Shown here: positions 13,007 to 22,300 of the stretch, piece after piece
How positions within the stretch are numbered: the first letter of the stretch is position 1
Layout: each line of letters opens with the position of its first letter
Source of the DNA: a bacterium
GTDB lineage: Bacteria > SAR324 > NAC60-12
Reading direction: 5' to 3'
Length of the DNA: 29,521 bases
NCBI GenBank assembly: GCA_965233585.1
Contig: CBDDTI010000106.1
Span: 1-29,521, forward strand
The notes under the pieces: generated by a model
What the model saw: only the letters and a program-made list of their open reading frames with translations
What the model was told of the DNA's origin: nothing
The model's database searches: none
Program-made: the position numbers and the translations under genes

Positions 13007-13520
13007 CTGTTGCAACCCGATTGCAAGCCGTTTGCAACATCAATTTTTCCACTTTCAACGTCTTGAATCAGTTCGGGGGCGCGAAGAAAGGTTCTGAGAA
13101 CGGCAATGTTTGAATTTCCGTTCTTTAAAACAAACACAAATTAAAGCGCAACTCGTTTTGCATCAACAAATCTTAACTCGCGCCAAAATTATTGTCTTAA
13201 ACAATAATTTCCGCTCGATTATTTTATCAAAAATACATACATGTTCAACTTTTCAACAGTTATTGTTTATCAGTGTTTACGAAAAGATTCTCAATCCAAC
13301 TAAATGTCGCAATTATTTATTAACAGAAGAAATCACGTTTGTTTTTATTTTGGTTTTATGGATGATTTTTCTGCCGCTGTGTCTAATTTTTAAGTAGCAG
13401 ACTATCATTCTTAATTCCAAAATAAAAGAGCGCGCTTAATTTTAAATTTATTATTTTTTATGTCATAAACTATTTCAGTACTACATCACACGTCTTTCTA
13501 TAAACATTTGCTGCAAATTC

Positions 13521-13865
13521 ATGGTCAACAACAACAATCTCACGTATCAACATATAAAGAATCCCCACGTTTTGTTGCGAAATATCTCAATTCTTCTCAA
13601 CAGGATAAACAAAATCTTAAAGTTGTTGGATCAACGAGTATTTGTGTATCGTAAAAACGTTAAGGACCGCACGTGTTTCTTTTATATTCCAACATATGAT
13701 TCCGAAACACGCGCGCAAATCATTTTTGCCATTCAAAAAGAATTACGAGTGTACCATTATTATAAAAAAGTAACCATTAAGTTTTTGTCTAAAACGTTTT
13801 GTTTGAAAAACAACAACATTTTTAATTATGTGGAGCAACGACTCGCCTCCCGCCAATCGCCGTAA
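13521..13865 (+). CDS. Hypothetical basic protein, 114 aa (Polinton accessory)
   Basis: ATG-initiated ORF in AT-rich context with TATAAA at ~13499. Confidence 0.5.
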   Translation: MVNNNNLTYQHIKNPHVLLRNISILLNRINKILKLLDQRVFVYRKNVKDRTCFFYIPTYDSETRAQIIFAIQKELRVYHYYKKVTIKFLSKTFCLKNNNIFNYVEQRLASRQSP

Positions 13866-14082
13866 TTGTGTCCGAAGAAACAGAGATGGAGAAGATCCTT
13901 TTAAATATATTTATTTTGTAAAAGACACTATTTCCCCTTGGCTTTTAGTTTTTCTTTGGTCTTTTTTAATGCTGCTCGGTCTATACGCTTTATTTGAACA
14001 TGAATACAAATTATGGAGGAATATAAATGTTAACAACAAAACTGTAGATTTTTCTATCCCTCAAAATACAAATGTCTTGTAA
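13828..14082 (+). CDS. Small single-pass membrane protein, 84 aa
   Basis: Hydrophobic stretch ISPWLLVFLWSFLMLLGLYALF and an NKT sequon; overlaps the upstream ORF by 38 nt. Confidence 0.5.
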   Translation: MWSNDSPPANRRNCVRRNRDGEDPFKYIYFVKDTISPWLLVFLWSFLMLLGLYALFEHEYKLWRNINVNNKTVDFSIPQNTNVL

Positions 14083-14400
14083 GCGCGGTGTGTTTTACTT
14101 TCTCAGCGTGAGTTTTCTCGTTTCTTTGCGTAAATTTCGCTCAACCCTCCCTCTGCGAAGTGTTCTTCATAAAGAATCTTTCAAAGCATTTTTTTTTATT
14201 GTATGAAAAAGTTCTTTTTATTTAATTTCGACAAAAAACTTCTAACTTTATTTATAATAAATGTACATATGTTCGCGTGTTTGACCGCCCGCTTTTATTA
14301 TAAAAAATAAATAATTTCAAGTTCTTGATTTAAAAACTTCATTTCATTTTCAATTCTTAAACATTTCAAACTTTAAAAGTATATTTGCAATTCTGCCATA

Positions 14401-15465
14401 ATGAACTTCAACATCATCATCGTCTTCGTCATTTGTGCCTTTTATTTGGCACAAAAAATTTCGTGCGAGGAAGACATCACTTTATTGAAAAATCTCCTCG
14501 CCAAAATTGTCGCATCCACTAATTCTTCTTCTGATACGACCATCGTCCCAACAACCGGCTTTGCTTCAACCACCACAACTGCTTCTTCCACTTCAAGTAC
14601 CACGACCGTTCCTTCTACTAGCACTACCACCGTCCCGCCCACTACCGTTGCTACCACTTTGACGAGCTCTACTCTCTCAACTACGATTGTAACTTCACCC
14701 GCTACCACTTCGGCTGTGTTGGAAACAAGCACGGTTCTGGTACCTCCATTGCCACAACCACTTTTAATCCGCCAACGTTTTCCGCTTCGCCTAATGTATC
14801 AACAATACATAGTACTTTTTCCTTTGCGGGTTTTGACTCCACAACCTTTGACAGTAAGTATTGATTATTTTCTTTTAAGTTAACATTTTTTATACAAATG
14901 CCTTATTATTTTCAGATGTCTTCAAAATATTTGTTGGATCTGTGTTCGCCTTCATTTTTGTAACGTTTGCCATAATAATGTACAAATTAAGAAGACTGAG
15001 CCATCACCACCAAGAGCCGTCTAACGTCGAAGTATGATTATCGTATTTTATAAAATATTTTGTCTACTCTATTTTTTTTTTTTTAGCCTATTGAAATGAT
15101 TCAAATAGAGGCTGCTGCGGATCCATCAGCAAATGAAGAGGTTGTGGAAGAATCGAGTGTTGAAATTCTGCCGCTTGAGTCAACCGCATCGGCGTTGCCG
15201 TCCGATGCAACTACTTTTTTGTCGGTTCCCGAAAAAGTAGATAAAGCAACCAACACGGAGTATACGGTAAGAAATTTATTATTATTTTTAAATCGCTTAT
15301 TATATATAAATTATTTTTTAGGTTTATCATAGACGACCGTACTTTTCGAGCATGATTCCTCCGTTATTCAACACACCTCGCACGGAACCTGCGACGGATT
15401 CTTCTTCAGTAGCCGTTGACCCTTCTCTCCTTTCTGCCAGGCTAAATTTGTCTACTCCCGTCTAA
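14401..15465 (+). CDS. Mucin-like type I membrane glycoprotein, 4 exons (14401-14853, 14916-15031, 15087-15266, 15322-15465), one frameshift near 14733, ~297 aa
   Basis: Signal peptide and S/T-rich ectodomain. GT-AG introns of 62, 55 and 55 nt. Exon 2 gives TM helix VFKIFVGSVFAFIFVTFAIIMY followed by KLRR. Ends in STPV; AATAAA at ~15498. Confidence 0.75.
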
Positions 15466-15571
15466 TACATTATAATCTAGTTTTTATTTTTATTTGAATA
15501 AAATAAATGCGCATTTCATTTTATTTCTCAAAAATACATTTATGCATATGTACATCTTTGGTCGTTTTGTT

Positions 15572-16786
15572 CTATTGTTGGATATGAGGCAGTTTTTTCT
15601 TGATGCCAAAACACAATTCCATAAAGGCTTTTGTTATTTCCTCCAGCCCTCTTAGCGGTACCTGAATCTTCATAATCTTGGTCGAATATTGTTGGTTGTT
15701 TTCGTTATACTGAAAAAATGTCTTTTTAGATAAGATTTTTCATGCTATCTGACGTACTCACGTGTTCCTTTTTCACATAAATCACCGGCCAGGCTGATAG
15801 CCCTCCGGCCTTTTGAATATGCCTCAAGCCGGTTATTCCGACGGTCACTTGCGGATTAAGGTATACTACCTTGTACATCGGCTTAATTGGGAGGCTGATG
15901 CTTTTCTCATCCACTTTTTTTGTCTTGATCAGCTCAATAAATTTTTTGAGCGTGGCCGGATTTATGTACATATACTAAAATAAAAATTAAAATTATTTTA
16001 ATTCATCAAATTAAGTTAATATAGACTTACATTGTCTGGACCAAAAAAGTAGGCTTCTCTTGTTGAATGTTCTTTTTGCCATTCAGCAAAATCGATATCC
16101 CTTGTCTCGCATATTTTTTCGGTGGTCCAATTTCGAAAATATTGCTTTTGCTCATCTTCGTCCATTAAAATTTGATACGACATCAATGACGCGCCTTCAT
16201 AGACCGCATGATTGTTAATTTCAGTATCCACCAATATTCCTTTTTTATTTGACCTTTTTCTTTTCTTTCCTAAAATGTCTTGAGTCTGCTCATTAAGGTC
16301 TTCGTCATCATCATCATCATCATCATCATCATCGTCATTGTCATCATTTTCTAAACTTTCATCGCTTAACTCCTCCGCATCGGTTGAAACATCATCATCA
16401 TCAGATTGAACAGTCAAAATTTCTGACTCTGATTCTTCTTCCGTTTCTTCATTTACAGAGTCCGATTCTGATGACGAAATGTTGTGGTTCCTTTTTTGTT
16501 TTTTTCCTTTAATTATAAAATATTACCATTAATTGTAACGCGTGTAAAAAACGACTTAAAAATTAGAATTACCTGATTTCAATTTATGTTTTTTATTTGT
16601 ATTCTTCTTGGATTTTCCATTACCAATCTTCTTTTTATCAGTCTTTTTATTTTTCTTTTCCGCCTCTGACGTATTTTCAGCCTTTTTTTTCTTCTCATCA
16701 TCAACGGCTTTATAATTAATCTCTTCCGATTTACCATTTTTATTGGCTGTGTTAGGCTTTTTCTTTTTTGCGGGTGATTTCTTCAT
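15572..16786 (-). CDS. 346-aa protein, 4 exons (16786-16573, 16506-16031, 15974-15762, 15709-15572): Lys-rich N-terminus, poly-Asp/Glu tract, globular C-terminus (possibly PC4-like)
   Basis: GT-AG introns of 66, 56 and 52 nt join three listed ORFs plus a last exon into one frame of 1041 nt. Confidence 0.8.
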
Positions 16787-17455
16787 CTTATTGCTTTAAA
16801 TGCGGGTGATTTATTCTGACAATAAATCTGTACTGACGTTTGTCATCAAATGTAGGTTCTTTTTAAACCTTCTTGAGTTTAAGGGAGTGTCAGTATGACA
16901 ATGTTCTAAGGGGCTCTTGATTCCACATGCGCGGGCAAGTAGCTGATAAGTTTCATCAATTTTGATTGGTTACACAGCATAAATGAGCTATGGTGTTGAA
17001 GGTTGTAAATTTTAACGATGCTGAACGCGTTTGAGGTCAATTCTTGTTAATGTTTTTGGCTCATCCTAAATTATAACGCGTCAAGTCGTTAACAGACAAT
17101 GGTCTAAGGAAATTATGGATAATTTGTGTTTTTGAACGTGTTGAATTGTGAATTAAACAACGGTGCAAGAAAATTATGGATAATGGGTGCACTGTGTGCT
17201 GTGTGTGTGTGTGTGTGTGTGTGCGTGTATTTTCCATCAATTTTTTCTCATTCAACTAGTCCGTATTTGTAACAAATTATATTTGTCAAAACTCAATCAA
17301 AACGCCATTAATTTTTCCGAGTACTTAACGTTTCTCATGCTCAAGATTTGTAATTTGCTGTGGATATCTTTAATTTTTTTGTGCTTAATTTGTCATTAAT
17401 TTTTTCTCATGCAATTGGCTCGTAAATGTGCCAAACTATTTCCCACCAAAAATTG

Positions 17456-17491
17456 TATAAAAACGCGGTCATATTTCCAAATTCATTCATT
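17456..17491 (+). promoter_or_regulatory. TATA box plus TCATT initiator-like core promoter
   Basis: TATAAAAA at 17456 and TCATTCATT 27 nt downstream, upstream of ATG 17552. Confidence 0.55.
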
Positions 17492-17551
17492 ATAAGTTTG
17501 AACATTCGTTGAAAGAAGATCTTCTGCCATTCGCTGTCAAAGGTAATTCAA

Positions 17552-18379
17552 ATGTCTAATTCACCAAATGACTCAAACAACCCTCGCCAAGTTTTTTTTG
17601 GCCCTGCAGGGTTAAGAATAAGATTTCACCTAAGAAACGTTGATGATTTAACATCACCGCCATCTCCACCGGTTGTGCCAATTGGACGAGGTCGAAGAGA
17701 TTTGAGGTCAAATGATGGCCCAAGTTCTTCTCTCGCCGCTCGTGGTGTTGGTCGGGGCCAGAGAACATCTTCCTCGTTTAATCAACGGGGTCGAGTATCT
17801 GAACCGATAGTTGTAAACCCCGAAGGATTTGGAATTATGGTTCAGATCAATAACAATCCAGCCGATGATTTAACATCGACCAATAACTCCGCCGATGATT
17901 TAACATCGCCATCAAACAACGCTGTCGATGATTCAACATCGAACCCCATGTCTCAAAGAATTTTTGCTGAGCGCAACACCTCGAGTACTTCGGTCGCTGG
18001 TCGTGGCGTTGGTCGGGGACAAAATATTTCTCGCCCCTTCAATCAAACGACTTCAGCCTCGATTGGACGAGAGGTCAGACGCGGTGTTGGTAGGGCTGGA
18101 AGATATTCTTCTCCTTATCAACGTCCAACTCGATCAGCAGAAGAAGAAATAGAAGAGGAAAATTATTTCCCCGCACCCACAAATTTTGAAAGATCGAATG
18201 ACGGTCGTTTAGCCTCTTTCATTCTCGATTTAATTGATGTAGAAGGAGGCTCACCTTATGATTTGTTTAATCGTTATGCTGAGTACGTATTGCGTCAACG
18301 CATTCAAACGCTTGAGCGTGAACGCGAACGCTTACGTGCTCAATATCAAAGATTGTTGCGTCATTTTAGACAAGAATGA
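17552..18379 (+). CDS. 275-aa disordered RG-rich protein with C-terminal coiled coil
   Basis: Long ATG ORF with RGVGR x3, DDLTS/DDSTS x4 and a heptad-like tail LRQRIQTLERERERLRAQYQRL. Confidence 0.8.
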   Translation: MSNSPNDSNNPRQVFFGPAGLRIRFHLRNVDDLTSPPSPPVVPIGRGRRDLRSNDGPSSSLAARGVGRGQRTSSSFNQRGRVSEPIVVNPEGFGIMVQINNNPADDLTSTNNSADDLTSPSNNAVDDSTSNPMSQRIFAERNTSSTSVAGRGVGRGQNISRPFNQTTSASIGREVRRGVGRAGRYSSPYQRPTRSAEEEIEEENYFPAPTNFERSNDGRLASFILDLIDVEGGSPYDLFNRYAEYVLRQRIQTLERERERLRAQYQRLLRHFRQE

Positions 18380-18493
18380 TTTGTATTAAGTAATTTGTTT
18401 ATAAATGTCTGAGCTATATAGTTTTAATGTGTTTGTATATATTATTTCCAAATTTTATGCGTCAATAAATTTTGTTTCAGAATTTTAACAGAA

Positions 18494-19255
18494 ATGCCAA
18501 AATCCTACGTCTGCCGCGAATGCCAAAAATCGTTTGCTAGAAAATCTTCCCGAGACAAACATGAATCGTTTCGTCATCGTGAAACATCGACAAAATTCCG
18601 AAATCGGACTCCATTAAATCAATCGCTTCAGTGTCCGTTTTGTAAGAATGAATTAAGTTCCTTCAAATCAAGAAATGATTTGGTCTCTCACATCGATTCC
18701 TCTCATTTAGAAGACTTAAATTATTCTCTTTTTAAATCTGCTTTGAATGGTAAAATTAAAATTTTTCGGAAACATATATTTTCTACAGAAACGCTTCACG
18801 CCTTTGTTGTTAATAGAGCAAATAGACAAGAAATTGTTGATGTCATTCGTCATGAATTGAGTAAAACCTTTACAGTAAAAGTTGCTTTAATTTTATCAGC
18901 GGCGTATCAGATTCCTGATTTGAATTCAGCTACAAAAGACAAAGACACTGAGACGGAAGCTGCTGTTGATAATACTTCAACACAGCCTCAAACGGTTGTT
19001 AGCAACATTGATGATTCAACTGAAAAAAGTCTTGATCAGTCGTCACATCAATTAATGCCTAGCGATCGAGATGTCTTTGCTTTAAGAACCGGCTATATTC
19101 AATTCACGTCTTTTGATTCTTCTCGCTCGTTAAAAGGTAAAGTTCAAAAATTATTAAACAATTTAATAACTCGAGAAGAGGATTTGTTGATGAGAGGTTC
19201 CGGATGGAGATTCGAATCTCTGTCTTTTAGCGACATCCAAATCACTAATATTTGA
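18494..19255 (+). CDS. C2H2 zinc fingers plus putative terminal-protein domain (homolog of the pPolB N-terminal region)
   Basis: CRECQKSF..H..H and CPFC..H..H fingers; C-terminal GSGWRFESL motif typical of the N-terminal region of Polinton pPolB. Confidence 0.75.
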   Translation: MPKSYVCRECQKSFARKSSRDKHESFRHRETSTKFRNRTPLNQSLQCPFCKNELSSFKSRNDLVSHIDSSHLEDLNYSLFKSALNGKIKIFRKHIFSTETLHAFVVNRANRQEIVDVIRHELSKTFTVKVALILSAAYQIPDLNSATKDKDTETEAAVDNTSTQPQTVVSNIDDSTEKSLDQSSHQLMPSDRDVFALRTGYIQFTSFDSSRSLKGKVQKLLNNLITREEDLLMRGSGWRFESLSFSDIQITNI

Positions 19256-19305
19256 TTTTAAGGACTTATTTTGTTGTATATGAAAAATTCAAGTAAGCTT
19301 TGGAA

Positions 19306-22300
19306 ATGGATTTTATAGAAATTCCGCGAGATTTAAAAAGATCTAACTGCTTGGAATGGAATACTCGATATGATAAATTTAACTTTCTTTATCTGTACAT
19401 TAGACATCTTTTTCCAGAAACTGCTTCCATCACAGATTTTCGTCAAATGCCAATAAAATATCTTAAAAAATTCAACATAAAAGGTTTTACGTTTCCTCTT
19501 CAATTTTGTGACATAAAAAAATTTTTGTGTAGAAATCGTCATTTACCAATTTCAATTTCCGTACTTTATGAGAGTGAAGGTCACGTTTCAAAGTTAGGGT
19601 TTATTACTAACAAAAACAATGATATAAGAGAAAATACTCTCCATTTGTTAATGATAAAACACGATCCTAAAATCTCTTCCGATAAAACTTTAAGTAATTC
19701 CCGTCCCAAAAAATCGAGTTTTCCTTCCAAGTTTAAAAAAATCAAAGATTTAAATCAACAGCATCATTTCTTTAAAATTACAAAACTCCAAGGTTTTTTG
19801 AATAATCGGGCCGGACTGTTGTCGATTAATAAAGCGGGTCAACAGAAGTACATCCACTGTGAAAAATGTCTGCTGCGTTTCCGATCAAAATCCAAGAAAG
19901 AAAAGCATGAGCGGATTTGCTACGATAAGCAACGCACCATCTATCCCGGCAAAAATGCCGCTATAAGTTTTTCTAACCACAAACATAAATTTAAAGCACC
20001 TGTTGTGGGATTTTGTGATTTTGAAAGTGTACTTCAAAGAAACAAGGAACGATCTAAATGTCGACTTTGTTCTAAATTGGAATGCTTGTGTGCTTTTCCT
20101 ACAAGTGACGATATAAATGTGCATAGACCGGTAGGCTACAGCCTGATTTTTGTGGACTCCGAGAATGAAGTATTCTTTCAAGAAGAATATTTAGGAGAGG
20201 ATGCGGCCAAACGTTTTTTGGATCGGATACCTCTCTATGAAAAAGTTGTTGAAGAAAGAAAACAAAAATTCAGAGATGTTCTCAAAACTCAAGCCACCCA
20301 GGAGGAATGGCAAATGTTTCGAAAAGCAACCGTTTGTCATATATGCGGTCTCCGATTTGCTACCCATCCTAAAAAGTATAGAAAAGTTTTGGATCACGAT
20401 CATGTCACAGGAAAAATAATGGGTGCGGCTCATTCGCTGTGTAATTTGACAAGATCCGGACCCTATCACACGCCAATTTTTTTCCACAACGCTCAAGGGT
20501 AAAAAATTTTTTATTAACTTTATTTTATCAATCAATTTTTACAAATTAAACGTTTCAGATACGATTTGCATTTAATCATAGAAGAGTTAAACATTCGCCG
20601 ATTCAAGAAAATGCCGGAAGTCTTGGCTAGAAACAGTGAAAAATTTCGCACTCTTACATTGGGCAAATTCAAAATTCAAGATTCATTAGAGCACATATCT
20701 GCCAGCTTAGACGCTCTTGTCCAAGATTTGAATCAAACTTCAAACTTTTCTTTCCCTATTTTACAACAGATGGAAAGATTTCAAAAAATTCCTATCCGTC
20801 AAAAATCAAAAGCTTTTAAACTTTTAAAAAGAAAAGGCATTTTTTGTTACGAGCATTTTCAATCATTACAAGAAATGAAAAAAAGTCGAAACCTCCCAAC
20901 CAAAGACGCTTTTTATTCCGAATTGAATGAAGAACACATCTCGGAAACGGATTATTCTCATGCGCAAGAAGTCTTCAAACTGTTCAAGTGCAAGAATGTA
21001 GCGGATTACATGATGCTTTATTGTTCTTTGGATGTCATCCTGCTATGTGAGGCATTTCTTCAATACAGGAAAATGGTTATGGAACATTTTCAATTGGATC
21101 CAATCTATTACTTAGGTAAATTTCCTTTTCTGTTGCTTGACATATAAAGTTTGAATATAAAATTTATTTCGTATAATTTTAGGAATTCCTGGTTTAAGTT
21201 TTGATGTTATGCTTATGTTCTATCAAAACTCTGAACGAGCTACAACAACAAATGATAACCTCGCGGGTGAATCTTCCAAGCCTCTAGGATCTCTGGATAT
21301 CTATTCCGATCCCGAAATGGAGCAGTTTTTTACAAAGGGTATCAGAGGCGGACAAAGCTTTATCTCTCAGCGTTATGCAAAAGGAAACAGCAATCCGAGA
21401 AAAAGCGGCGATCATTTACTTTACATTGACGGTAATTTTATACTGCATCGTTTGATTAATTTATTTATTTAAAATCGGTGACTTTTTAGCAAACAACTTG
21501 TACGGGAGCATGGAAACTTTAAAATTGCCAGTTTCTGATTTCGAGTGGGTTGCAAAAAAAGATCTTGAAAAATGGACTGCCAAAGATATTATCAAGATTC
21601 CTTCTCAAGACGAGACCGGGTACGCATTCGAAGTTGATTTGCATTATCCTTCTCATCTTCACCCGGTAAATCTGATCTTTTTAACACGTTTTTGCATTTT
21701 GATAAACGGTAAAATATTTTCAGACACATGATCAATTTCCGCTGGCTCCGTATACAGACACGGTTTCTTACAAACATCTGTCTCCTTATAATCGCCGTTT
21801 ACTAAAACATCTTAACCCTCGAGATTATAAGAACAAAAGATACCGAAGCAAGAAACTGTTGAGCACTTTTTATGATCGAAAAAAGTACGTGGTGCATCTG
21901 GAAAACCTACAATACTACTTGAAAAAGGGCATGAAGCTGTTGAGGATAAGAAGAGCCGTGAAGTTCCGACAAAAAGCTTTTCTAAAAGAGTTTATCGAAA
22001 AGGTGACATTGCTACGATCGAACGCCCGTAATGATTTTGAACTTCGGCTTTTTAAGCTTTTTGCCAACTCTACTTTTGGAAAATTTATCGGTAAGTAAAT
22101 ACCCAGATTTAAGATCTTTTTTATATTTTTATATTTGCACAAGCGCGTGGTGGTACTGCCAATATTTCGTGCAAAATGTGTTGGCAGTACACACCACACG
22201 CTCATCCACATCTTCAATGTCGTCGTCGTCGGGAGGCGCGTGGACCTCGGCCTCCACGGTGATGACCTCCCCGTCGAAATCAGACATTCGGTTTGCCGCC

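Noticed and set aside
17061..17399. ORFs spanning the (TG)n tract
   Set aside because: Microsatellite-driven frames in an intergenic divergent-promoter region.
19293..19318. GTAAG...TTTTATAG mini-intron at the pPolB start
   Set aside because: Only 26 nt, far below the 52-67 nt introns seen here, and it would not join the upstream GSGW ORF.
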